Origin: Candidatus Woesearchaeota archaeon
GTDB lineage: Archaea > Nanobdellota > Nanobdellia > Woesearchaeales > UBA583
Direction of reading: 5' to 3'
Length of the DNA stretch: 64,000 nucleotides
Assembly (NCBI GenBank): GCA_965205335.1
Contig: OZ242164.1
Coordinates: 320,001-384,000, forward strand
Shown in pieces: positions 29,568-41,200 of the stretch. The translations under genes and the position numbers were made by a program. Below the pieces are notes generated by a model. It was not told the DNA's origin. It saw nothing but the letters and a program-made list of their open reading frames with translations, and did no database searches. Each line of letters starts with the position of its first letter. Within the stretch, counting starts at the first letter, position 1.

Positions 29568-30877
29568 TTTAAAATCTCCCAATATCCTGCACTTGTTTTC
29601 CCTACTCTTCTTACTGCATTCTTAGACTTCAACTTCTCAATATATTCTTTAACTGTATCAGAACTAATACTCAACTTAGTTGCCAATTGATTTCTTGAAA
29701 TCTTGGGATTTGTTTGCATTTCCAGCAACATCTTTTTCTCCAATTCAGTAAATTCAACTTGGGGGGTATCTTGGGGGGTAGAGATTCTTCCTAAAACAAC
29801 TGTGAAAAACCCTGTACTCTCAAATTTAACACCAAGACCAAACTTCTTCATTGAATCTTTTATTCTTCCTATCCCTGAACCAATTTTCTCAACCTTATTT
29901 ATCCTTAACATAAGATCCATTATCAAAGGATTACGTGGCAAACTTACTTTTCCAAAGTCTTTTTCTGCTAACCCTTTAACAAGGCCTCCTGGATTGCTTA
30001 TCTCAATTCTATCAAGAAAAATATCTATTTGTATATGTCCTGTGGAAAAATAATCTCTGTGAACTACTGCATTTATAATTGCTTCTCTTAATGCCTCTTC
30101 TGGCAATTCAAGTTGTTCCTTTCTTTCTCTTCCTATTATATAATTAGTGTTAAGTTTGGATATTGTATAAACCAAAGCATTATCATAATTAGATACTATA
30201 TCTGCATCAAATTCTTTCTTATCAAGAATAATTGTTTTGTTTGTGCCCTGATACAATACACAACTAACAGTAGCACTTATGAAAAACTTTGTAATCTTAT
30301 AACAAAAAAACAAAACTCCTGCATTTTTCATACATTTGCTGTCAAGAAGAAATAAATTTTTCAGAATTTGTTTTTCATCTGTATTACTCTTTATTTTGGC
30401 TAAGCCTAAATAATTTTTGAACTTGTGTTCATCAAAATCCTTACTTAGATTGAAATTTATATTAGGTTGATTATCAAATAAAACTAAATTCTCTTTCTGA
30501 AAAAAATCTCTTATTTCATCTCTCTTTAACTGCTGAGAATTTGCACCAACCCTCATGAAAAACTGACCATTTACAGAATAAGGCTTTCTCTCTCCCTCAG
30601 AAACATATATAACTAATAAATCATCCACATCTTCAGTTTCAACAGAAAAATGAGGATCAATATTTCGGGCAAAATTCTGAATTTGAGATTTAAGTGAATT
30701 TGTTATATTAATTCCTAATACATCGCCATTATCCTTAACACCTAAAATTATTCTTCCGCCTTTCGTGTTAGCAAAAGCGCATATTTCCTTGCCTAAATTA
30801 GACCCTATGCTCTCCTTAAATTCCAAAGTTAGCCCTTCTCCTGTTTCAATTAACTTTAAAATTTCTCTTTTTTCCAT
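29564..30877 (-). CDS. Schlafen/AlbA_2 + HATPase_c_4 + wHTH protein
   Basis: GEGLTLEFKES, ICAFANTKGG, REAIINAVVHRDY, ISNPGGL, RNPLI and EKIGSGI motifs. Confidence 0.9.
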   Translation of the reverse strand: MEKREILKLIETGEGLTLEFKESIGSNLGKEICAFANTKGGRIILGVKDNGDVLGINITNSLKSQIQNFARNIDPHFSVETEDVDDLLVIYVSEGERKPYSVNGQFFMRVGANSQQLKRDEIRDFFQKENLVLFDNQPNINFNLSKDFDEHKFKNYLGLAKIKSNTDEKQILKNLFLLDSKCMKNAGVLFFCYKITKFFISATVSCVLYQGTNKTIILDKKEFDADIVSNYDNALVYTISKLNTNYIIGRERKEQLELPEEALREAIINAVVHRDYFSTGHIQIDIFLDRIEISNPGGLVKGLAEKDFGKVSLPRNPLIMDLMLRINKVEKIGSGIGRIKDSMKKFGLGVKFESTGFFTVVLGRISTPQDTPQVEFTELEKKMLLEMQTNPKISRNQLATKLSISSDTVKEYIEKLKSKNAVRRVGKTSAGYWEILK

Positions 30878-30887
30878 CTTATATTCC

Positions 30888-32402
30888 TCATTTCACCTCA
30901 AAACCAATGCCCTTTAAATTCTTTTTAATTTCTATCTCTAATTCATCGCTTTTCTTAAACTGCTCATCTAATTCCTTAACCAATCTATCCATTTTCTCAT
31001 CGAAAGGTTCTTTATCTTCTTCAACTTCTGCAATTCCAACATATCTTCCTGGCGTTAAAATGAAATCATGCTTCTCAACCTCATCAAGTGATGCACTTTT
31101 GCAAAAACCCTTAACATCTTCATATTCCCCTTTCTCAGTTCCTTTCCATATATGATATGTTTTAGAAATCTTTCGTATATCCTCATTTGATAATTCTCTA
31201 TGTCTTCTTGTGACCATCTCTCCCATATTACGAGCATCAATAAATAGAATCTCTTCTTTTCTCTTTTTATTCTTAGATAAAAACCAAAGACAGGCAGGAA
31301 TGCCAGTATTATAAAATAACCTGTCAGGCAATGCAACAATGCATTCAACTAAATCATCTTTAATAATTGCCTTTCTGATTTCTCCCTCATTTGAAGTATT
31401 AGATGACATAGAACCATTGGCAAGAACAAATCCTGTAATGCCATTTGGAGATAAATGATAAATGAAGTGTTGAACCCAACCATAATTGGCGTTGCCAGTA
31501 GGTGGAATTCCATATTTCCAGCGAGCATCTTCTCGCAATCTTTCCCCACCCCAATCTGAAATATTAAATGGTGGATTAGCAATAATGAAATCTGATCTTA
31601 AATCTTTGTGCAAATCATTATGAAAACTGTCTGCTTGACTCTCTCCTAAATTGCCATCAATTCCTCTAATTGCTAAATTCATCATTCCAAGTTTTCTTGT
31701 GGTTGGATTACTTTCTTGACCGTAAATAGAAATGTCTCCTAACTTTCCTCCATGCTCTTTAACAAATGTCTCACTTTGAACAAACATTCCGCAACTTCCA
31801 CAGCAGGGGTCATAAATTCTTCCTTTATATGGTTGAAGCATTTCAATAAGCAACTTTACGATACTTTGGGGAGTATAGAACTCTCCACCCCCTTTACCTT
31901 CCGCACTTGCAAACCTCCCAATAAAATATTCATACACTCTTCCAAGCATATCCTTTGATTTATTTTTGCTTGTTCCAATATCAATTGAAGAAATTAAATC
32001 AATTACTTCTCCTAATATCCTCTTATCAAGTACGGGTCTGGCATAATCTTTTGGCAAAACTCCTTTTAATCTTGGATTTTCTTTTTCAATTGAAATCATT
32101 GCATCATCAACATAATTTCCTATAGTTGGCAGTTTTGCATTTTTCATGATTTCTTCCCATCTTGCTTCTTTAGGGACCCAGAATACATTTCTGGAAATAT
32201 ACTCATCTCTATCCTCAGGCTCTGAATTTTCTTCATTACTTAATATATAATGAAGTTCTTCAAAACTATCAGAAATATATTTAAGAAATATTAACCCAAG
32301 TATGATATGCTTATATTCAGCAGGATCCATATTATTTCTTAATTTATCTGCTGATTTCCATAATTTCTCTTCAAACCCAATATTTGCTCCGTTTGTGACC
32401 AT
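30888..32402 (-). CDS. hsdM: Second type I R-M methyltransferase subunit M
   Basis: [28 protein letters not shown] and LTPGRYVG motifs. Confidence 0.95.
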   Translation of the reverse strand: MVTNGANIGFEEKLWKSADKLRNNMDPAEYKHIILGLIFLKYISDSFEELHYILSNEENSEPEDRDEYISRNVFWVPKEARWEEIMKNAKLPTIGNYVDDAMISIEKENPRLKGVLPKDYARPVLDKRILGEVIDLISSIDIGTSKNKSKDMLGRVYEYFIGRFASAEGKGGGEFYTPQSIVKLLIEMLQPYKGRIYDPCCGSCGMFVQSETFVKEHGGKLGDISIYGQESNPTTRKLGMMNLAIRGIDGNLGESQADSFHNDLHKDLRSDFIIANPPFNISDWGGERLREDARWKYGIPPTGNANYGWVQHFIYHLSPNGITGFVLANGSMSSNTSNEGEIRKAIIKDDLVECIVALPDRLFYNTGIPACLWFLSKNKKRKEEILFIDARNMGEMVTRRHRELSNEDIRKISKTYHIWKGTEKGEYEDVKGFCKSASLDEVEKHDFILTPGRYVGIAEVEEDKEPFDEKMDRLVKELDEQFKKSDELEIEIKKNLKGIGFEVK

Positions 32403-32667
32403 ACAAAATTTACTCTACATCATTTTATATAATTTACTAAAAAACTATTGGAGGAGGATAAATGAGTTAAAGTGGAAATAAACAAAAATTAACTCTTTCT
32501 TGAATATTTCCTGAATGCAACAATTGTTTAGTATATAAGGGCAGTTATAATTATATTCTTAAATAAATTTGCAAACTCCCATCCTCTATTAATAGAATCA
32601 TAACTCCCAAAAATCCTACAAATTATAAACAGTATACGTATTTAAGGTAAAAAAACAGCCAAATTTG

Positions 32668-32677
32668 TTACAGAATC
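32668..32677. mobile_element. Degenerate solo IS6-like end (reverse complement GATTCTGTAA)
   Basis: TATATAAA starts at 32692, a 14-bp gap, and the next gene starts at 32721. Confidence 0.5.
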
Positions 32678-32720
32678 TTAATATAATAAATTATATAAAC
32701 CCTATTGAAATTTCATTTTT

Positions 32721-33920
32721 ATGTTAGACTTAGAAAAAGAATTAGATAGGTTACAAAAGAAAGAATTTTTGAAAGAAATTGATATATATAAGAATCTTTT
32801 GGTTATACATTATGCTTGTTCTGATATTAATTCAAAACCCATAAAAATTTCTTCAGTTTCAACTTATGATATTAATAATGATGAATCTCAAACATTTTCA
32901 AGGAAAGATCAATCTGATAAAGGAGAAATTAAGTTATTAAGAGATTTTTTTGTATATTTAAAGAAAAAGTTAGATGAGAAGTATTTAATACTTGGGTTTA
33001 ATAATAAGGGTGAAAAGTTTGGGATTAGAACTATAAGAGAGAGATGCTTGGAATTAAAGAACGATAAAGATTTGATAGAAATCTCTGAAAATTTGATTAT
33101 TGATTTTGACAGATTAATTAAAACCTCCTTCCCTAATTATTTTGGGGGTTTAAACAGATTAATAGAAATTAATGGAATTAGTTCTGAAAATTTAGTTAAG
33201 GGTTATGATGAATTAGATTTATTTGAAGGAGGAAAATTTAATGATTTAGATAATTCAACAAAAGCAAAAGTTCATGCAATATCTCAACTTTATCAAAAAT
33301 TTATTGATGATGATTTAGAAATATTTTATGAATATATTAATTCATATGAAAATAAAGATTATTATCAAAATTTTACAAGAAATATTTCTCAAATTAAGAG
33401 AATGATTGATTTGAAAGATCTCAAAAATCAAAGAGATAAAGAATTTTTAAGAAAATTATTATATATTAATGTTATAACTTCAATGGAGATTTATTTAGGG
33501 GATGCTTTTATATACCAAATTCGTAATAATGAGAGATACTTGAAAAAATTTATTTCACATCATCAAAATTTTGAAAAAAAATCTTATTTGAAGGAAGTAG
33601 CTAAGAAATATCCAAATTTTGAATCTTCCTTGAAATATGTTTTTTTAGAAGAAGCAACACAAATATTAAATAATATTTCATTTCATAAATTAGAGAATAT
33701 TGAAAAATTATATAAGAAAGTTTTGGAGATATCATTTCCTAAAGGATTTAATAAAATAATATATGATGCTATTCTAAAAAGACATAATTTAGTTCATAGG
33801 AATGGAAAGGATTTAAAAGGGAAGAAAGTATCAATTGAAATTGATTCATTAGATGATTTAATTATTACTGTAAAAAATTTTATTGGTCAAATTCATAATA
33901 AAATAATTAATCTAACATAA
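32721..33920 (+). CDS. RNase H/exonuclease-like N-terminal domain fused to a C-terminal HEPN domain
   Basis: C-terminal ITSMEIYLGD...RHNLVHRNG (R-x4-H). N-terminal VIHYAC...EIKLLRDFF..ILGFN. Confidence 0.7.
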   Translation: MLDLEKELDRLQKKEFLKEIDIYKNLLVIHYACSDINSKPIKISSVSTYDINNDESQTFSRKDQSDKGEIKLLRDFFVYLKKKLDEKYLILGFNNKGEKFGIRTIRERCLELKNDKDLIEISENLIIDFDRLIKTSFPNYFGGLNRLIEINGISSENLVKGYDELDLFEGGKFNDLDNSTKAKVHAISQLYQKFIDDDLEIFYEYINSYENKDYYQNFTRNISQIKRMIDLKDLKNQRDKEFLRKLLYINVITSMEIYLGDAFIYQIRNNERYLKKFISHHQNFEKKSYLKEVAKKYPNFESSLKYVFLEEATQILNNISFHKLENIEKLYKKVLEISFPKGFNKIIYDAILKRHNLVHRNGKDLKGKKVSIEIDSLDDLIITVKNFIGQIHNKIINLT

Positions 33921-33946
33921 GTGTCAATTGAGATATACTCAAAGTT

Positions 33947-34048
33947 TTTTGACAGAATCTTTGATTGGAAACATATATAAATAAAATACTAACTATTTTT
34001 TATATGGGCTCAGAAAGTGTAAATGTATTCAAAGATGTAGGATTTATT
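33947..34048 (+). repeat. Diverged copy of IS end + hsdM promoter + first ~14 codons (homologue of about 7305-7401)
   Basis: Reads gacagaatc-14 bp-tatataaa...atgggctcagaaagtgtaaatgtattcaaagatgtaggatttat, versus atgagttcagagagtgtaaatgtgtccaaagaagcaggatttat. Confidence 0.8.
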
Positions 34049-34159
34049 GGAAGAAAATGGATTTCTCTAAAGGGACACTACATCATATGAAGCAAAATGC
34101 AAAGAGTGTTAAACCTTTTACACTTAATCAACATGTAAAAGAAAGAATATTGGAGTTGT

Positions 34160-34591
34160 ATGATTAAAATGGTTGACTTAAAAATTAATGCAAATGGCTT
34201 AATTAAATATTTAGAAAAATTAAGTGATGAATCAACTGATGAAGAAATAACTGAATTAATTCAAAACTTTATGAAAAAAGATTCAGAATTTATGCAAAAA
34301 AATATAGAGAAAGTTAAAAATAAAGTTAATGAAATTATTAAAGAAAATGATGAAACTCTAGAACCTTTTAAGGAAAGATTTAAAGAAAGGTGGGGCGAGG
34401 CATTAGATTTACTTGAAACTTTTAGAATTTTATCATATGAATTAGGGGACAAGATTAATAAAAATAAAAAACCAGAAGAAAAATATTTGCCTCTTGTTTT
34501 AATTAGATTACATGCTAGGGCGTGTCTTATCTCAAACGAAATATTTACACTTTCCTTTAAAATAATCAGAAACAAATCAAATTACAATTAA
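34160..34591 (+). pseudogene. 3'-truncated DUF5677-like protein
   Basis: FKERFKERWGEALDLL...LIRLHARACLISNEIFTL, then an abrupt end. Confidence 0.55.
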
Positions 34592-35002
34592 AAATAATTC
34601 TTTTCAATTCTCGAAATTTTTAAACATAACAGAATTACTAGCACATAAATTAATATTAAAATTTTCAGTCAAAATTATTACACATTTTCCCCTATTATCA
34701 TCTTAACATCACAGATTCATTTAGAGATATATTAATAACACATAACTCTGATTACGCCTTCTGATTCTCAGGAATGATTAGCCTAAGAGAAGATAAACTA
34801 TTAGATGAAATAAATACAATTGATGATATAAGCAATTTTATAAATAACAGATGAATTCCCAACAATCAGAATAAAATTGCAAACTAAAACTTACAAAAAT
34901 CCATTGGAATTGCAATTTCTCATCATAAAAATGTGATGTCAGGAAAACACTACTCAACAGTAATACTTATAAATAAAGATACCTTATCTATTATATAAAA
35001 AT

Positions 35003-35288
35003 ATGGATTCTGAACTAAAAACTTCTCCGCAAAAGAAAATATTGAAGACAATCTTAGTGTTATTTCTATTCATTGCTATGGTTGGATTGGCAAGCTCCTT
35101 GGCATCTTGGGGGGGGGGGGGGGGGTCTCCTTCCTGATTGGAATTATTATCTGAGTTTATCCTGCTTTTTTATTCTGTTCTCTGCTTTGGCCGGAGTCGT
35201 GGTTCATTCTCGGTTAGTTAGAGATTTTTCGCGTGCTTTTGGTTTGGTTCGCATTCTTTGCTCCAGACCTCTGGGAGGTGAGTCCTGA
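35003..35288 (+). other. Leader ORF broken by a G17 homopolymer (35109-35125), a candidate phase-variation switch
   Basis: ATG at 35003 gives MDSELKTSPQKKILKTILVLFLFIAMVGLASSLASWGGGGGSPS*. With G16 or G19 it would read through to the TGA at 35286-35288, which abuts the giant gene's ATG. Confidence 0.6.
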
Positions 35289-38200
35289 ATGATGGAGGTG
35301 CCAAAAAGAGGTGTGAGGCGCAGAGCGTTCTCAGTTTTTTGTCTGATTTTTTTATTTGCCTTTATGGGCGTTGTTCTTGCTGATAATGTCAGTGCTGTTA
35401 AGTTGGTGGGTAATCTGGATTCTGAGAGTTCCGGAGATTTAACAATAGGTGAGTATCAAACATCGACCGGAGTTGGTGCGCAGGCGTTTACCACAGGTAA
35501 TAATCCTGAGGGTTACGTTATTACTGGCGTTGAGATAAATGTAAGCGTAGCGTCCAGCAACCGTACTGCTTTGGTGAGCATTCAGAGTAGTAATAATAGT
35601 AAGTTGTATGATCTTACCGGTAGCGTTACTTCAGCCGGAGTTCAGTCTTTCACTGCTCCTGAGAATGCCACACTTAATGCGAGCACGACTTATTTTCTGC
35701 ACATTGCTCCCGGAACAGGAACCCTTAATTTTAAGGTTGGCGTTACTGACTCAGATAGTGAGGATTCTGCTTCTGCTTCAGGGTGGTCTGTAGAAAATGT
35801 ATCTTTGCATTCTATGAATAATGGGAGCAGTTTCACTATTAATACTGACTCGCTTCAGCTTGCAGTTTATGGTGATGCTGTTAGTATTAATCCTGAAATT
35901 CCGACAAACAGTTTTGATTTGGATAGTTCAAACAGCAATCCCTTTGGACTGTGGTCTGATGGTGAGACACTCTGGGTATCAGACGAATCAGGAAATAAAG
36001 CATATGCCTATACATTTGCAGAAGGTTCTTTAACTTATGATTCAAGCAAGGATTTTAGTACAGTCGCTTCTCCCGATGGTGCAGGTGTGAACGCCAACAA
36101 TGATATAATATACCTTTTAAGACCTGCTGGTGATTTCCTCACAGCTCATGCATATAACTTTTCAGGCGATCGGCAAAACAGCAAGGATGTTACAAACATT
36201 AACATCACATTTAATGCTCAATCCACAGGACTTTGGGCTGACAGCACTACAATTTGGATAACTGGCAAATGGTCTGATCCTTCTCATTTTATGTATGGTT
36301 ATAATTTAAATGGAACCCGCAACTCAAACAAAGACATTCTCATAGGAAGTTGCATAAATTCTTATGGTGCATGGTCAGATGAAGAGACTATTTGGGTAAT
36401 TGGGGAATGTACAACCGGAGGAAATAAAATCAGAGCTTTCAATTTGTCAGATGGTGCTCGGGACTCAGCAAGGGATATTCCTATATCTGAGAATAACACT
36501 CAACCCAGAGGTCTATGGTCAGATGGAGAATTTATGTGGACTGCCAATAATAAGGGTACAAATGATAAAGTGTATTCCTACAAGTATCGTAATAATTCTT
36601 ATGGTCTGAGAATTCAGGGTTCTCCTGTGACAGGTCATACTCTGAGTGCTGATTCTTCATCTATAACTGATCCTAATGGTTTGCCTGATTCTCCTGACTT
36701 TTCTTATCAGTGGCAGTATGACGATGGAACGGATATTGCAGGTGCTACCAGCAAAACATATCGCTTGAGAGCATCAGACGTAGGAAAAAAAATACAGGTA
36801 AGAGTGCGTTTCATTGACAATGCACGTTATGATGAGGAACTTTACAGTGAATCCTTTGAAATCATTAAAGATAAAATACCAACAAGCAGTTTTGATTTGG
36901 ATAGTTCAAACAGCAATCCCTTTGGACTGTGGTCTGATGGTGAGACACTCTGGGTATCAGACGAATCAGGAAATAAAGCATATGCCTATACATTTGCAGA
37001 AGGTTCTTTAACTTATGATTCAAGCAAGGATTTTAGTACAATCGCTTCTCCCGATGGTGCAGGTGTGAACGCCAACAATGATATAATATACCTTTTAAGA
37101 CCTACTGGTGATTTCCTCACAGCTCATGCATACAACTTTTCAGGCGATCGGCAAAACAGCAAGGATGTTACAAACATTAACATCACATTTAATGCTCAAT
37201 CCACAGGACTTTGGGCTGACAGCACTACAATTTGGATAACTGGCAAATGGTCTGATCCTTCTCATTTTGTGTATGGTTATAATTTAAATGGAACTCGCAA
37301 CTCAAACAAAGACATTCTCATAGGAAGTTGCATAAATTCTTATGGTGCATGGTCAGATGAAGAAACTATTTGGGTGATTGGAAACTGCATAACAGGCGGA
37401 AATAAAATCAGAGCTTTCAATTTGTCAGACGGTGCTCGGGACTCAGCAAGGGATATTTCTATATCTGAGAATAATACTCAACCCAGAGGTCTATGGTCAG
37501 ATGGAGAATTTATGTGGACTGCCAATAATAAGGGTACAAATGATAAAGTGTATTCCTACAAGTATCGCAATAACGCTGAAGGTCTGAGAATTCAGGGTTC
37601 TCCTATAACTGGTCACACCCTGAGTGCTGATATTGCATCTATAACTGAACCTAATGGTCTGCCCGATTCTCCTGAGTTTTCTTATCAGTGGCAGTATGCT
37701 GACGGGACTGATATTGCTGGTGCTATCAGCAAAACTTATTACTTGAAAGTAGCAGATGCAGGTAAAAAGGTACGGGTAAGAGTGAGTTTCACTGACAATG
37801 CACGTTACGAAGAGGAAATCTTCAGTGAACCAACAGGAACTATTCAAGTTAATGAACTAGCTGTTTTCGGTCAGAGCGAATATATTTTCTATCTTGATGA
37901 AAATAGAAATGGAAGTGGAGTAAATGCTATCACTCTGGGAAGAATAACTGTAACTGATAAAAATAAACCTAGTGGTGTAGGACTATTCTTTACTGAATCC
38001 AGTTCCATCAACTCTAATGATGGGAAATTCCGTATAACAGGAGAAACGACAGACACATTCAGATTTCAATATAGAGGAACAGGAGAAGAATACAATGAAA
38101 CAAAAAACAAATATGTGTATACAATTACGACATTCAACAATAACAATTTTACTAATTCTACATCTGTAAATGTTACTATTTATATTAATGATCCAAATGA

Positions 38201-41200
38201 AGCACCTGTTTTCGAACATCTCAGATATTTCTTCTACCTTGATAAAAATAAAAGTGGTAAGCCAACACCTGTCGAGCTGGGAACAATAACTGTAACTGAT
38301 AACAAAGACCCTGATGGTGTAACATTATTCTTTCCTGAAACCAATTCCCCCAGTTCTAATGATGGGAAATTCCGTATAATAGGTGAAACGACAGATACAT
38401 TCAGATTTCAATATAGAGGAACAGGAGAAGAATATAATGAAACAAAAGACAGATATGTGTATACAATTGCGGCACTTGACAATAACAATAATATTGCATA
38501 TATGAATGTTACTGTCCTTATTAGAAACTCAACTGAACCACCTGTTTTCGATCAGAGAGAATATGTTTTCTACCTTGATGTAAATATAAGTGGACCTGTC
38601 GAGATGGGAACAATAACTTTAACTGATAATGATGATTCTAATGGCATAACACTCTTCTTTACTGAAATCAATTCCGTCAATTCTAATGATGGGAAGTTCC
38701 GTATATCAGGGGGAGCGAGAGATACATTCAGATTTCAGTATAAAGGAACTGGAGAAACTGATGAAACAAACAAATATGTATATACAATTGAGGCAATTGA
38801 CGATAGAGATAACTCTGCATATGCAAATGTTACTATCTATATTATAAACCCTAATGCACCCGTTTTCAGTCAGAAAGAATATGTCTTCTATCTTGATGAA
38901 AATCAAATAGGAAATGATACACCTATAGACCTGGGAACAATAAGTGCAACTGATAACGATGACCCTGATGGTTTTGCATTCTCCTTCGCTAATGACTCTA
39001 ATGACACTTTTACCCCATATTCTAAAGATAATAAGTTTCGTATTAAAGCTAATACTACCACTTCTTCTACATTTAGATATGTGGGAGACGGAGAAGAATA
39101 CAATGAAACTGATGAAACAAAAAACAAATATGTATATACTATTATTACGTCTGATAATAACTTGAATTATGCATATGCAACTGTTACTGTCTATATTAAC
39201 GACCCGAATGAAGCATCCGTTTTCGATCAAAGCGAATACATCTTCTACCTTGATGAAAATAGAAGTGGAAGTGGTGATAATCCTATCACTCTGGGAACAA
39301 TAAATCTAAATGTTAATGGAATAGCCGGATTAAAATTCAAAGACGGCGATAATACACTTTCTTCTGATAGTAAGTTCAAGATTAAAAGTATCAGTGATAA
39401 TTCTTTTGAATTTAGATACATAGGAACAGGAGAAGAATATAATGAAACTGATGAAACAAAAAACATATATGAATATCCAATCTTTACAGTTTATGTGGGG
39501 GAGGACAATGGCAATAGCACGACGAAACTTGAATTAGTAAATGTTACTATCAATATTAGAGAAGTAGAAGAAGAAACAAATGAAGCACCTGTTTTCATTA
39601 ATACTGCATACTTCGCGTTAATGGATGAAAATAGAAGTGGTAATCAAACACCTCTCGACTTGATAACAATAAGTGCAACTGATAATGATGACACTAATGG
39701 CATAACATTTTTCTTTTCTGAAACCAATTCCAACAATTCTAATGATGGAAAGTTCCGTATGGCAGAATTTGGGATTAATACAGTGGTACTCCAATACATT
39801 GGAACAGGAGAAGATTATGATTCAGAAAACCAATATGTGTATATAATTGGGGCACGTGACGATAACAATAATACTGCTTATGTAAATGTTACTGTCGATA
39901 TTAAAGACCCGGATAACTCTCCACCAGTTTTCAATCAGAGCGAATACGTCTTCTACCTTGATGAAAATAGAAGTGGAAGTGGCGGAAATGCTATCACTCT
40001 AGGAACAATAACTTTAACTGATAAGGAAAATGAACAAGTTGCATTAGGCTTCATTGGCACCGCTACCACATATTCTTCTGATAATAAGTTCCATATTGAA
40101 CATATCAATGGTAATTCTTATAGGATTAGATATGTAGGAACAGGAGAAGATTACGAAACAACAAACGAATATGTATTTGGAATCTTTGCAACTGACAGAA
40201 GCAATAATGTTGTACGTACAAATGTTACTGTCTATATTAACAACCCAAATGAACCTATAAGAGAAACAAATGACACTCTTGTAAGTAACTTGAACCAAGC
40301 CAGACATTTCTCTAGTTTTGGGTTTGGGTCTACCAGACTTGCTCAGGGATTTACTACTGGCAATAATTCTCTGGGTTATGTTCTTGAGAAAGTTGAGATA
40401 AGTGTAACTAATGGTAATTTTTTTAGAGGAGTTATAAATACTCATACGGCTATTTATTCTGCGAGTGGTAATAATCCTGGGACTAAGTTATATAATCTTA
40501 CTGGTAATAATGTTTCAATGGGTTACAATGAGTTTACTGCTCCTGAAAATACTGTGCTTAACGCTAGCACATCATATTTCTTCGTTATTGAGAAAGAAAG
40601 CTATTCCAACTCAAGACATACTTTCAACTTGGAAGTAACTAACAGTAATGATGAAGACTCTGGTGCATCTGTCGGATGGTCTATCAAAGACAAAGGCCAA
40701 ACTCAAAGTGTGACTAACCCTGGTAGTTGGAGTAGTGAACTTTATATTCAAAGTGTGAGAACCAATACATCGCTCAAGATGGCAGTTTATGGAGAAGAAA
40801 AAACAAATAGCCCTCCTGTATTTTCCGGCAGTTCAACTTTTACAGTAAATGAACACAAAAAGCGTGTTGGCACTGTTATGGCTTCTGATGAGGATGTTGA
40901 GGACAGCATTACTGGCTACAGCATTTCTGGAGGTGAAGACTCAGGTTCATTCCGTATTAATAATAATGGCGTGTTACATTTTATTCCCACTCCTAATTTT
41001 GAGAGTCCTTCCGATGTTGGAGGTGACAACGAGTACAAGGTTTCAGTTCAGGTTACCAGTGGTACTGGCAGTCGCCTCCTAACTACAAACAAAGAGTTTA
41101 CAATAAATGTTAATGATTTGAATGAACCACCTTCTACTCCCGCAAAACCCACATTAAACTTTCCTACTTCCACAAGTCTTTTAGTAAACTGGGTTGCACC

